Positions 26,529-39,347 of a DNA stretch of 64,000 nucleotides are shown piece after piece. The stretch spans positions 59,768,001 to 59,832,000 of the forward strand of contig NC_043004.1 in assembly GCF_006345805.1 (NCBI RefSeq), in the 5' to 3' direction. The stretch's first letter is position 1. Each line of letters begins with the position of its first letter. Position numbers and translations under genes: made by a program. The notes under the pieces were generated by a model. That model saw only the letters and a program-made list of their open reading frames with translations. It was not told the DNA's origin and ran no database searches. The DNA is from Octopus sinensis. Lineage: Eukaryota.

Positions 26529-27117
26529 TACATGTTTCTAATACAAGCACATCGGTACGCAAATGAAAGAAATGTTAGTTGATAAAATCGAATCTTATAC
26601 TATTTCACGAGTATTTCATTTGGTCAACTACGAAGGGTGAACTATGAAATTCACTGAAATTCAGGGCATAATGAAGATTTTTGTTTCATGCTCTAACATT
26701 CTCATCGCCATCAACATTGCATTAAAATGGGGGTTATAATCTCTTATTGTATTGATGTAGAGCTACAGTGTTACATATGTAGAGCTTTACTTTCGTCATA
26801 GCAAATCTTTATTCTTCTTCTTTATTGTTTTTATGTAAATGAGCCTGTTTGCTAAAGTGGGCATATTTGTTGCTGAATTTGTTGTTAATCTGCTTCAACA
26901 GCTCTTCAGTTATCCACGACTATTTATTCAAAGTATAGTGTCTTGTTCTTTTTTTCTTTAAGTAACGTAGCCATTAATTTCAGAAAATGGACATATATCT
27001 CTGGCAAGTAGAACGAAAAATATACAGATTCCATTGGACTCGATAGTTATAGTCTTGAAGATATTGAATATATTTAAAGTGCCATTGCTAAATTTCATAT
27101 TATTTTACTGGTGAAAG

Positions 27118-27318
27118 GGCAGAATTCTTAGAGTGCAGCGCGAAATGCTTAGTGGCATTGCGTCCATCTTTACTTTCTGAGTTCAGATTCCGCGGAGACT
27201 GAATTTGACTTTCATTCTCACCGAGTCGATAAAATAAGTACCAGTTTAACACTAGAGTCGATGTAATCGACTTACCCCTCCCTAAAAATGTGCTGGCCTT
27301 CTACTAAAATTTGAAATC
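27118..27318 (+). mobile_element. SINE family A
   Basis: Diverged head, gagttcagattccgcgg and gtcgataaaataagtaccag. Confidence 0.75.
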
Positions 27319-28912
27319 CATATTATTTTAAAGCTATTCTGATATTTAGTATTGAAGACGAGTGACATGATCCTAAAAGCGTTCCATTTATAATAAGTTT
27401 GTGTATTCATTGCTTGACTTGATGACGTGCTGAGTGTTTGAGCAAGTATCCTTTCATCATGCACAACAGATCTAAAATCAAGTACCAGCTGATCAACAAT
27501 CATCTCTTCCTCTAGCTCTCACATCTTGAATGCTCTACTTCGTCAAGTGTGACGTAACCGGAGGCTGTCTATATCTGCTGGCGACTAAAAAAATACCTAA
27601 GTCGTGGTAAATATCACCAAAATATAATCATTCGTGACTGATGGCCAGATGTAATTTCTGTTTCAAATGTTGCTATGATTTCCTAATCTAACGTATTTCT
27701 TTTATATAAAGGAGTGTATGGCACGATACAAAGTTGACCGCTGTGTTTAACTAACAAGGGATTTGCTTAGTAACCCCTACGCTTTTTGCTGCAGATGTTT
27801 TAACAAGCTCTAGAAACTGATTCAGTGCTGTATTGTAGTAAATTCATTTTAGAATATTAATATGTACCATATTCTTTGTACAACAAAAAGCGTAGGAGTG
27901 CGCAATTCCAGTATCATTGAACGACGGGGAAATTAGTCTTGCCGATGAACATTCATTTTTCCTTGTAAACTTCTTTAGTTGTCTCTCATTTATCTCATTT
28001 CAATTAGTTAACAAGATCTGCTGGAGGTATTCTTTACTATATTAGATGATTACATTTACTTTCAGTTCAAAGGCATATATTCTATTATATAACTGATAAT
28101 ATAGTGGGCAGACGAAAAGAATAGTTATCAAGAAGAGATTCAGAAAGGAAAACTTAAAAGAAGGACAAAAACTCCAGAAAATTATACATTTATTATGAGT
28201 ATCTATAGGTGCAGCATCGCTCTGTAATAAGACATTTTCTTGTCAACCACAATGTTACGTGGATTGTCTCCCCGATTGTCATATTGAGCGTCTTCAGCAG
28301 CAGCTCCGAGCCGACCGAAATATTGTGAGTGCATTTTGTCGATGGAAACTGAGAGAAGCCCTCCTAATATATGGATATGTGTATACATGTATTTGTCTGT
28401 TTGTTTATTCGTCACCAATGCTTGATATCCGACATTAGGTTGTTTACATTCCCTAACGTAAAGGTTCCACAAATGATCACCTAACAGAAGTACCCGGGAT
28501 AAAAAATTAAGCACTCTGATGGATTTCTTCAAATAAATCCTTCAAACCACTGCTCCAACATGAACACATTTGAATGACCTGAAACAAGAGAGATATAATA
28601 CAAGAAAGAAGATATTTATCACACACACAGACACACACACATACATAAATACACACACACACACTCGCATATACAGGACATACTATTTTGGCTCACTGCT
28701 GCATTTTTCCTAACACTGCATAATCTTTCTTTCAAAAAATAATACTGGTAGACCCTAAGCTTACTCAAGAAATGAGGGGGCGTGCTGTTATTATGGTTAT
28801 AAAAGCTGCGCATAGGGATTTAGAAATAGCTAGATTTTTTAAATTGCCAGATCTTTCGTCTACCAAGATTGTAAGGAGCTACAGACTGTAGCTAGAAACG
28901 TATCACCAGAGG

Positions 28913-29300
28913 CGGCGAGCTGGCAGAAACGTTAGCAGGCCGGGCGAAATGATCAGCGGTATTTCGTCTGCCGGTACGTTCTGAGTTCAAATTCCGTCGA
29001 GGTCGACTTTGCCTATCATCCTTTCGAGGTCGATTAAATAAGTGCCAGTTCCGCACTGGTGTCGATATAATCGACTTAATCCGTTCGTCTGTTCTTGTTC
29101 GTCCCCTCTGTGTTTAGCCCCTTGTGGGTAGTAAAGAAATAGGTATTTCCTAGGTCTTTACGTTCTGAGATCAAATTCCGTCGAAGTCGACTTTGTCTTT
29201 CATCCATTCGAGGTCGATAAATAAATACCAGTTGCGTACTGCGGTCGATGTAACCGACTGCCCCTCCCCCAAAATTCCGGGCCTTGTGTCTAGAGTAGAA
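28913..29300 (+). mobile_element. SINE family A, dimeric form
   Basis: ggcgagctggcagaaacgttagc head with two tandem bodies. Confidence 0.9.
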
Positions 29301-29688
29301 AATAATATAATAATACACATATACATACATAAATACACACACATATATATATGTATATATATATATATAATGTAATAAATAAAATATATGCATGCATACA
29401 AACATATATGTACGTACCTACATCTACATGTATATATACATGCATATATAAATATATATACGTGAGTACAGGACACTGCAACTAGACGTAGAACTCAACG
29501 AAAAACGAAAACGGACAAGCCATATTTTAACAACAAAAAAACAGAGACGAAACGAAAACGGGAAAAACATTATTTTTTACAACAGAAAAACAAGGTACAG
29601 GACAAACCACACAGGAAAAATCCCCAGTTCATCAGCTGTCTCTAGCTAACTCAAGCGTTTCGTCCCACTTCCCTTCCTCCCAGTTTTG

Positions 29689-29775
<87 letters not shown>

Positions 29776-29877
29776 AAGAGAGAGAAAATCCCCAAACATC
29801 GAAGAAGAAACACACAGCAGACAACAACGCGAGGACGTGGTACACGTATAGCAGACGTCCAGGGAGGAATGAGGGAT

Positions 29878-29916
29878 GGTTCAACGTTTCAAACAAAGCT
29901 CTTCTTCCGAAACAGA
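29878..29916 (-). ncRNA. Decayed minimal hammerhead motif related to the Penelope pLTR motif
   Basis: Minus strand reads GUUU CGGAAGA A GAGC(UUU)GUUU GAAA CG UU GAAC. The layout matches 38604-38638, with a U4G change and a wobble stem II. Confidence 0.45.
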
Positions 29917-29981
29917 GAAAAGTCCAATAGAAAAGGAAGACGGGGGAAAAAATCCCCGCGATTCACATGTGGTTATATACA

Positions 29982-30051
<70 letters not shown>

Positions 30052-30144
30052 TGTATATATATATATATATATATGTGTGTGGTTCAGTAAAATTTAGACT
30101 AAGTTGAATATGTTAAGTGACAGGCACCAGAATTTAGTATAGTA

Positions 30145-30522
30145 CTAGCAGTATCGCCCTGCGTTGCTCGGGTTTGCAAGGGAAATAACTATAAAGCATT
30201 TTTAGAGAGTTATAGCCAAAAAATAGCAAAAAAATGGGGGAAAAAATGATGGTAAATTTTTTTTATAGTTAAAAAGGTCGAGTTGCGTCCCCTAGACAGT
30301 CTGTGGTTTGTGTTTCTGATTCTCGACCCCATCGAATTATCGATCTTTTTCAGAACTGGGGGAACTTTTCAAAATTTTCGCTGCGTTAGTTTTGAATTAT
30401 GACATTGGGCTATGTGTTGTCAAGTTTCATCAGAATCGGTTGAAAGCCGTGGTCAGGGTGGGTACAACCAAACAGACACACAGAAACACACACAGACAAA
30501 CTGCCGTTTATATAGAGAGAGA
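30145..30522 (-). mobile_element. Non-autonomous Helitron
   Basis: The minus strand starts TC(tctctctatataaac) and ends with the cccgagcaacgcaggg hairpin followed by CTAG. It is inserted between A and T with no TSD. Confidence 0.8.
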
Positions 30523-30586
30523 TTATCCATATAATTCAAAATGGAGTGATTACAATCAAAATAAGCAACAAGTATATCCAGAGGTA

Positions 30587-30676
30587 ATGCAGTACGATCG
30601 TTTCATGCGACTCCATTTAATTGAACAATGCAAGTATTACATCTGTTTTAAACTGTAGAGCAATCTTCAGTTGCAT
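30587..30676 (-). ncRNA. Type I hammerhead motif, antisense arm (intact CUGAAGA core, A.C mismatch at first stem I pair)
   Basis: Minus strand reads AUGCAA CUGAAGA UUGC...GCAU GAAA CGAUCG UA CUGCAU. Confidence 0.6.
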
Positions 30677-30939
30677 AAAAATATATTTAATTACATCCAA
30701 AGGATTCATTTTTATAGTTATTCTATTAGCCAAACCTAACCCCACCTTCAGTAGTAAATCTAAATAACTAATTAAAATCAATGATAAGCAGTGTCTTCCT
30801 GTGAAGAAATATAATTTACAACCATGATGTTGTTGATGAAACATGCCCTTTGTCTATCTAGTTATCCATTTGTGTGATTTTGTTTAATAGAATAACGATA
30901 CGAAGAACTCCTTTGAATTTAACTAAATTCTATAGTTTT

Positions 30940-31029
30940 ATGCAGTTGAAGATTGCTCTACAGTTTAAAACTGATGTAATACTTGCATTGTCCAATTAAA
31001 TGGAGTCGCATGAAACGATCGTACTGCAT
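30940..31029 (+). ncRNA. Type I hammerhead motif with extended stem II (C3U in this copy)
   Basis: AUGCAG | UUGAAGA | UUGC...GCAU | GAAA | CGAUCG | UA^ | CUGCAU: perfect 6-bp stem I and palindromic stem III. Confidence 0.6.
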
Positions 31030-31410
31030 CACCTCTGGATATCCTTGTTGCTTATTTTGATTGTAAATTACCCCATTTTGAATTATATGGACAATACTAT
31101 ACTAAATTCTGCTGACTTTAACTAATATATATGATGTATACCTGTATTTTCATGTATTTGTATGTATGTACAGTTATATTGGCCACCAGTGCTTTTGTTG
31201 TTTTAAATTAAGTCGGGCGGAAATCGAAAGAAATCTTTGTAGATATTTCTTGCAGATCGAATAATCGTGCAGAGGCTGTCTCACCTTGCCTTGAATCAAT
31301 ACTCGTTGACTCATTCATATTGATAATTTCTGTGTCATCTTTAATCAAATAAAGCTATGAAGAAAAGCATTCTCGTCTTGAACATCGTATCCCTTGACAT
31401 ATTCAGAAAT

Positions 31411-31577
31411 GAGGCGTAGGAATGGTTGTGTGGTAAGTAGCTTGCTAACCAACCACATTGTTCCGGGTTCAGTCCCACTGCGTGGCATTTTGGGCGAGTG
31501 TCTTCTGCTATAGCCCCGGGCCGACCAATGCCTTGTGAGTGGATTTGGTAGACGGAAACTGAAAGAACCCTGTCGTA

Positions 31578-31608
<31 letters not shown>

Positions 31609-31830
31609 GCGTGTGTGTGTTTGTGTGTCTGTGTTTGTCGCCCTAGCATTGCTTGACAAACGATGCTGGTGTGTTTACGTCCCCGCCACTCAGCGGTTCG
31701 GCAAAAAGAGACCGATAGAATAAGTACTGGGCTTACAAAGAATAAGTCCTGGGGTCGATTTGCTCGACTAAAGGCGGTGCTCCAGCATGGCTACAGTCAA
31801 ATAACTGAAACAAGTAAAAGAGTAAAAGAG
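31411..31830 (+). mobile_element. SINE family B, full length
   Basis: tRNA-like head (tggttgtgtggtaag; ggttcagtccc), internal (TA)n(TG)n and a (gtaaaaga)n tail. Confidence 0.92.
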
Positions 31831-32089
31831 TATATCCCTCGTTCAATACAAAGCCTGTAAGTTGAGGGACATTTGGTGGCTATTTTATACACACCATCAA
31901 TCACGTTTTGATAGTATGTACATTGAATTTCATAAACTACACTGTATTAAACTAATGTTTGTATCATTTTTATGGTTTCTCTTATATACACACACATACT
32001 CACTCATAAACTCACATACTAACAAGCATGTATGTACGCGTGTACGTATGTATGTATGTAGTTGTGTATACTTTTAAGCTTCAAGCGAT

Positions 32090-32420
32090 TCTTGGGAGAA
32101 GTGAAATTTGTTATAGCAATTATGGTTTTGGCCTTGCGAATATATTATTCCGAGAAACATAGTTCTTGTATTTATATATAATTTGAAATTCAAATAGTTT
32201 CCTATGACAGCTTGTATTATAGAGGAAGTTTCTTTAAAGTATTTATGTGGCATTCTTTGAGATGTTTGTTTCCAAATAATTGTTATATATAATTGGTTAA
32301 ACTTTATATTATATTCTGTTCAGTGTTTGTATATTAATAGAGTCTTCTCGTTGTGTAGGTATTTCGTCTTTGAAAACTGTTTCAAGAATCGATGAATAAT
32401 ATTATTCACTCAAAAGACCC
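32090..32420 (-). mobile_element. Highly degenerate Penelope-like endonuclease C-terminal remnant
   Basis: The minus-strand frameshifted translation is only loosely similar to the ETxFKTRYNNH...NYIW...CLxEKL pattern. Confidence 0.35.
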
Positions 32421-32501
32421 ACTTATCAAAATATATATTATTCTCTTGTCTGCCTATATTTTCAATTAACTTCTTTTGATGTTTGATTCTTAGCTTCCTT
32501 T

Positions 32502-32505
<4 letters not shown>

Positions 32506-32579
<74 letters not shown>

Positions 32580-32627
32580 TATATATATGCATGCATATAT
32601 GTATATGTATGTATGTATATATGTATG

Positions 32628-32690
<63 letters not shown>
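32506..32690. repeat. (TA)n/(TATG)n microsatellite
   Basis: Directly visible. Confidence 0.95.
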
Positions 32691-33644
32691 CTGCTTGTAT
32701 GTATGTATCTCTCTATATATATTCTGTGTATTTTACTATTGGTCAACTGACTGTGTAGAATGTACTAAATACAAAAGTAAAATGCTATAAAGTACTCCGC
32801 TTGTTCACTCTACTGGGGTATCAGTCGTTTGAAGCAAATGTTGTAAAATAATAATATCTGATACATAATTAAGAGCATCACATTGTAATACAATGTTATG
32901 ATTAAGCTAAATATATAAATGTCCTGGCATTGTTCGAAATCTAGGTTTCCGCCGTTACGCGACCCTGAGTTCGTAATACATTTTTTTTTAAATTGTAGTA
33001 AATGAAAATTATATCTGAATATAGACACATCTAAAATTACATAACATGTTATACAGGTAAGAAAATTAGAATGCTACTGTTTCTCTTTTACTCAATACTA
33101 TACTATGCAGGTTATTCAAAATTCATTATATCCATCGAAGAGAATAAAAGGAACTTGAATACCAGTTTAAATCTCTTTTAAGAAATGTCAAACATACTAC
33201 TGAGCTAGCCATAGTATTCAAATTGAAAAGACAGACAAAAGATTTTTAATGCATTTTAACACGCTATACAGGATTTGATTGTGTAACCTAGGAATGGCCT
33301 CACTTGAGGTTAACTTCCTAATGGTTGCTTCTCAAGAGGTTATCATTTTCATTAGCAAAGTCTTAACAACCGTATGTTGAACTTTTGTTTCACATTGATA
33401 AATCTGAATGGGCTTCTCATAGGGCTTCTCACTACACACGGAAGGTTGATACATTTAATTATTTCAGAAACAAACGATATTAGTCATTGTCGTACTATTC
33501 TCAATTCGATGACATTAAAGGAAGATATGTAGCATGCATAATGTAAATTCTTTTCTGTTTCAACACTTCATAATAAGGACTATTTATTGCAGCGTCTCAG
33601 AGTATTTAACTTTAAAAAAAATGCCTCATGCAAGACTACTTCAT

Positions 33645-33671
33645 AACAATAATAGTAATGATAACAACAAC

Positions 33672-33727
<56 letters not shown>

Positions 33728-33755
33728 TAATAATAATGACAATGATAACAAAAAC

Positions 33756-33805
<50 letters not shown>

Positions 33806-33812
33806 CAACAAC

Positions 33813-33849
<37 letters not shown>

Positions 33850-33905
33850 TAATAATAATAATGATAATGATAATAATAATAATAATGATAATGGTAATGA
33901 TAATG

Positions 33906-33970
<65 letters not shown>

Positions 33971-33971
33971 C

Positions 33972-34019
<48 letters not shown>

Positions 34020-34026
34020 GTAACAA
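33645..34026. repeat. (AAT)n/(GAT)n compound microsatellite with a repeated gataacaacaacgtt block
   Basis: Directly visible. Confidence 0.95.
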
Positions 34027-34034
34027 TAAAGAAC

Positions 34035-34467
34035 AGGCGTAGGAGTGGTTGTGTGGCAAGTAGCTTGCTGACGAACCACATCATGGTTCCTTGTTCAGTC
34101 CCAGTGCGTGGCACCTTGGGAAAGTGTCTTCTACTATAGCCTCAGGCCTACCAAAGCGTTGTGAGTGGATTTGGTAGATGGAAACTGAAAGTAGCCCGTG
34201 GTATTATATATATGTATGTATATATGTGTGTGTGTGTGTGTATGTGTATGTTTTTGTATCTGTGTTTATCCCCCCAACATCGCTTGACAACCGATGCTGG
34301 GGTTTACGTCCCCGTAACTTAGCAGTTCGGTAAAAGTGACCAATAGAATAGGTACTAGATTTCTAAAGAATAAGTGCTAGCTTCAATTTGCTCGACTAAA
34401 AGGCGGTGCTCCAGCATGGCCACAGTCAAATGACTGAAACAAATAAAATAATAAAAGAGTGAAAGAG
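34035..34467 (+). mobile_element. SINE family B, full length
   Basis: Same head, body and tail as 31411-31830. Confidence 0.9.
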
Positions 34468-34499
34468 AAAGTGTGCTGAAAGAAGAAACGGGGAACGAA

Positions 34500-35110
34500 T
34501 GATCAGCTTTCAATCGATAATCTTATTATCAGAAAACGCAAGAGAAGACACAAACCTGAGCTTGGCGTCGATTCACAATTGTAAAGCATACAATATGATA
34601 CTATACTCTTTAATAATATGAACCATGGAAATGTACGGAGTTGCAGACAACATAAGAAGCGTTGTATGAAACAGTATGAAATGTTGGAGAACTGCATTGA
34701 CGACAGGGAATCAGAAGGTGTTAACAAAAATGGACTTGATAGTTCTCACGAATTCCGAGCAAGAACAGCTAGCGAGAGAGAAGAAACCTAACTCCGTAAG
34801 GAATTACATGGTCAGTTCCACCGTAAAACCAACAAATACAAATACCAGGAAACATCATGGAGGTGACCCAACAAGGGTGACGTAAAATAAGAATAGTGAA
34901 ATACTAATCATTGCGCCTCAAGACCAGGCATTGTGTACCAACTTAGTGAAAAATAATATATACCACACAAGGTTATCAGACCTCTGCAGAATGTGTGGGA
35001 AGATGGTTGAAAGAATGACTCACATTGTTAGTACTTGTGAACATTTTGCGCAGAACGAGTAAATGCGTAGACGTGACAAAGTAACCCAAAACCTCCAATG
35101 GCTCTTTGTC
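34500..35110 (+). mobile_element. Old R4/Dong-type LINE fragment (same subfamily as 10676-11754)
   Basis: Shares ctaatcattgcg..c..gaccaggcattg and cacattgttagt.cttgtgaa...gacaaagt...aaaacctcc with 11027-11200. Confidence 0.8.
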
Positions 35111-35289
35111 TGAGGTCACTTAGAGCCGCTGAGACGATACCAACATTTTGGAGAAAGCAATGCGAGTGAGGGAAGTAGAACTTACTTAAGGTAATGAATC
35201 GGCAGGTTACGTGAAAATACTTAGGGACATTATCTAAGGAGACTCGCCCTCTCCAAGATGTTAAGACAAATATTTGCCTTGAAATTTGT

Positions 35290-36010
35290 CATAACAAAGT
35301 TCCAATAATTCTATGTTTTGGGATCTCTATTTGAAGGTCTTTTTTTATTTGGGTCGCTTTTCGAATGGATTTTAGACATATATATATCTGCTGGAATTGA
35401 TATATCTATGAGCAAATGTGTATTGTCTACATGATTTTCATCCATGATGACTTGTTTGTTTGGATACTAAATTCTCCTGAGTGGCAATATCTATGTTTTC
35501 AACTTTATCTTGGTGGTTTTGAAAGAGAGTTTTCACTGGATCAAGCCTTGACCTCCGTGTGCTCTGGGAAAGTATAAAGACTACCAACGATTGCTTTTGG
35601 GTATTGAAACTTATTGCAAGTCAGCAGCGTAGGTATTTTTCTGTAAATTGTTTTTAATTTACCATATCTTTTTGATTTCATATCTTTGTGATGCCATATA
35701 TTTTTGATTTCGATTAACAAATATTTATATTTTCTGAGCTTATCAAATTCTTTTGCCGAGATATTATAGTCACAGAGTATGCTCTTGTCAATCAATAAAC
35801 ATATTTTATTGTTTTGGTCTTTCACAGCAATATCAGGTTTATTTGCTTTGATGGTCCGGTCTGTACATACTAGAAAATCTCAAAGAATAGTTATATTTTC
35901 TGCCTCAGTTACGACTTCAGGGTGGTGCTTGTACCATTTGTAATCAGTTTTCATCTTATAATGCCAACACATTATCCAGTGTAGATATTGGCCAACTCTG
36001 TCACGTCTTC
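35290..36010 (-). mobile_element. R4/Dong-type RLE-domain fragments
   Basis: The minus translation includes ICLLIDKSILCDYNISAKEFDKLRKYKYLLIEI and a second SIDISIPAD-like block. Confidence 0.75.
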
Positions 36011-36400
<390 letters not shown>

Positions 36401-36744
36401 TAATCATCGTATTCATCATCATCATTATGTTTTCTGTGCCCCGCTTCTAACGCTGCGGATGTGTTATAGCCTCAATAGTTCACTACCAGTTAACTGAGAT
36501 CGCACTCCTCATTTTCTAAGCACCCACTGAAGTATTCCACCCCGCATTGCAAATCCTGTTTCTTGAGTATACTTGTGAAGGTCTTAACGTAATGTAAAAA
36601 TTTTGGTATAACAACCGACTTGCTCAGCGATCACAGTTGCTTAACCTCCCCGTCTAGCCTGACATATCTAGCAAGCTTGATTTGCTCTTCATTAAATATC
36701 TTGTTGTCGAGCACTTTTCTCTTTCTACATCAATTTTCGCAATA

Positions 36745-37770
36745 TGAGGGTGGGCTGAAATGTTCATAGGCTGTCTATGAAGGAGAAATGCTTGAGCTCA
36801 AAAAATCAAGCATGCATTAATTTCATATCTTACTAGCAGTATCACCCGGCGTTGCTCGGGTTTGTAAGGGAAATAACTATATAAGCATTTTTAGAAAGGT
36901 ATAGCCAAAAAATAACAAAAAAATGCATTAAAAATAGAAAAAAAAATGATGGTAATTTTTTTTTTAAATCGTTGACTCATCGTAGACATTTTTAGAGAGT
37001 TACTTCCCTTATATAATAGCGAAAAAAATGCATTAAAATGGAAAAAAATGAAGGTAATTTTTTTTTAAATCGTAGACTCATCGTAGACTCATCGTAGACG
37101 CGCGCTAATACACAGAAGGGCTCGATATGAATCATGACTATAAGATACCCGGTTTTGGTTAAACTGGACCTCAAAATGTGGGAGTAGTTAGGAATCTAAA
37201 TCGTAGGAGACAGACACACAACTTCACTTTTATATATAAAGATTATTAACTGCATTTTTCTAGGTAAATTGATATGTGACTTCAAAGGAGAACCCGAACC
37301 AAACTAAAAGCGACATCGTGGTGTTATCAACTAGCTACAGGATGTCCCCCAAGGACATTCACGCAGACATGGCTGCCACAACCCAGGATGACTCTCGGAC
37401 TATATAAACAGTGCAAAAATGGGCAGCCGAATTTAGGGGGGAGAAGGAAGAGTCTTGAACATGCCCCATGGTCTTGACGTCTTGCAATTCTCTCCACCAA
37501 GTAGAACATTAATGGAGTTCACCATGATGAATGATAGTGCGATTGACTATAAATCAAATAGCCAATGGTATTAGCATATTCCATAAGAGTGTTGAGAAGA
37601 TTCTGTACAATAACCTGTCATGACGAAGGGTTCTACCAGTAGGATGCCATGTTTTTTCTGACCCCTCATGACAGACCAAATCACGATCATATACGACAGT
37701 TTCGGTCAGATAAATTTGATAAGTGACATTGAACATAATTCTTGGATTTGAATCACACAATAACGTCAAT
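36745..37770 (+). mobile_element. Mariner transposon 5' portion, degenerate, interrupted by a Helitron
   Basis: TA + tgagggtgggctgaaa TIR-like start. Translation gives PKDIHADMAA...TVQKWAAEF and RLTINQIANGISI (mariner HTH region), with stops. Confidence 0.8.
36833..37242 (-). mobile_element. Non-autonomous Helitron nested in the mariner relic
   Basis: Minus strand TC(tttatatataaaag) start, cccgagcaacgccggg hairpin plus CTAG end, A|T target. Same family as 30145-30522. Confidence 0.85.
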
Positions 37771-38460
37771 ATCCTTATAAAAAGCAATGTTTCTTTGTTT
37801 CTAGGATAATCACTGAAAACACTAAATAAAAATGTTCATATTTCAGGTTTTTTGTGCCGTTTAAATTAATTTGAACATTCCATAAATAGCTGTGCTCTCA
37901 TTTTCCGAAAATAGAATGGGGAGAGGGTGGGTGTGTGGTGTACTGGCCCTATTTCTAGCAATACCCCTACTGTCTATTTCACCGCAGCGCTTTTTACAGA
38001 ATGAGAAATATCCTCCACAATTCGCTCAATCCACCGCCAACTTTCTCTAAGTTTAGACATTACGTTTATTCCTTTCAAGTCGGACATCTGCTTCCTCTCT
38101 GTCTGTATGCAACTCCCTAAGTCCCCATCTCTCTCACTATCTCCCCACCCTCTCTCTCTCTCTCTCTCTTTCTAGTTGTATATATGTGTGTGTGTGTGTG
38201 TCTCTCTCTCACTTGGTCTCCCTCTTTTCCTCTGTAGAGACAAATAAGTGAAGCAGATAGCATGTGGGTTAGGAAGAAAAAGCAAGTGAGACAGAGGGGG
38301 AAGAGACAAAAGACAGACATATATATGCTTCAAGAATGCATTCGAGCATCGTACTGATCAGGTCGAAAGCTGGGTGGACCGCTAGTATATATGCATACAT
38401 ACATACATACGTACATATATATATATATACAAACATATATATGTATATATATATACATAC

Positions 38461-38512
<52 letters not shown>

Positions 38513-38603
38513 TTTTAATCCAAACGGGAAAACAAAAAAACAACAAAAGTGGAACAATTACAGTATTATTATTAATAGGCGCTCAGGAAATGGAAGCAGG
38601 GAG

Positions 38604-38638
38604 GTATGACGTTTCGAGCGGAGCTCTTCGTCGGAAAC
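38604..38638 (-). ncRNA. Minimal type I hammerhead motif in 3' pLTR
   Basis: GUUU CCGACGA A GAGC(UCC)GCUC GAAA CG UC^ AUAC: palindromic ACGU stem III, and a 4-bp stem I with one U.U mismatch. Confidence 0.65.
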
Positions 38639-39347
38639 ATAAAGAAGGAAGAGAGAGGAAAGAAAGATCCCAAAGCGGGCAACAGGAGATGGAGAAAAAA
38701 ACGACTGGTGTTTACGAAGTACACATGGTGAAAGGCGGAAGTTTACGATAACAAGAGCAAAGTAGGTTTTTAAAGCCAAAAGAGTGGAGACAGGGTTGGT
38801 AACGCAACAGATGTGTGTGTATGTGTGAGTGTGTGCGTGTGCGTGTGTGTATGTGTGTGTGAGGCGAGATAAAAAAACAAAAAATATATGTATGTGTTAG
38901 TGTGTGCGTCTGTGTGTAGGTGTGTGAGGTAGGGCGAGACAGTAGTAGGCATAGCAGACAGTGGTCAGTAGTAAGAAAATGAAGGAAGGAGGAAGGGAGG
39001 GAGGGGAAGGGGTGGGGGCTTATGTAGCGTGCCAGCGTGTGTTGAGTAGTAGTGTGTGTGTGTGTCCAGTGTCGTGGTAGTATTAATGGCGAGTAGATTG
39101 AATGTGTGTAAGAGTAAGGTATATATTTAAGCAATGTGTGTGTGCGAGTGGGTGTGTATTTGTGTGCGCGTGTGTGTAACAAAAAAGGGGGGGTTAAGGA
39201 AAAAGGACTCCAGCTGAGGGGAAGATGGAAGAGTGGTCCCGCGGAGACGGGCGTGGGAGAACCCAACGACAAGCGACGGTCCCAGGAACGAGCGGGAGGT
39301 CTCGTCGGGTCCAAGAGCGAGGTGCATGCAGCGCGTATGCGTGCGCG

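Larger units (their letters stand above)
30522..31095. repeat. Inverted repeat with ~210 bp arms (30522-30733 / ~30879-31095), each containing a hammerhead
   Basis: attatccatataattcaaaatgg...gcagtacgatcgtttcatgcgactcc... is mirrored by ...ggagtcgcatgaaacgatcgtactgc...ccattttgaattatatggacaat. Confidence 0.92.

Noticed and set aside
28866-28910. agctacag-a-ctgtagct hairpin followed by gaaacgta
   Set aside because: The upstream core (ttgtaagg) does not fit CUGANGA or UUGANAA, and stem I is only 2 bp.
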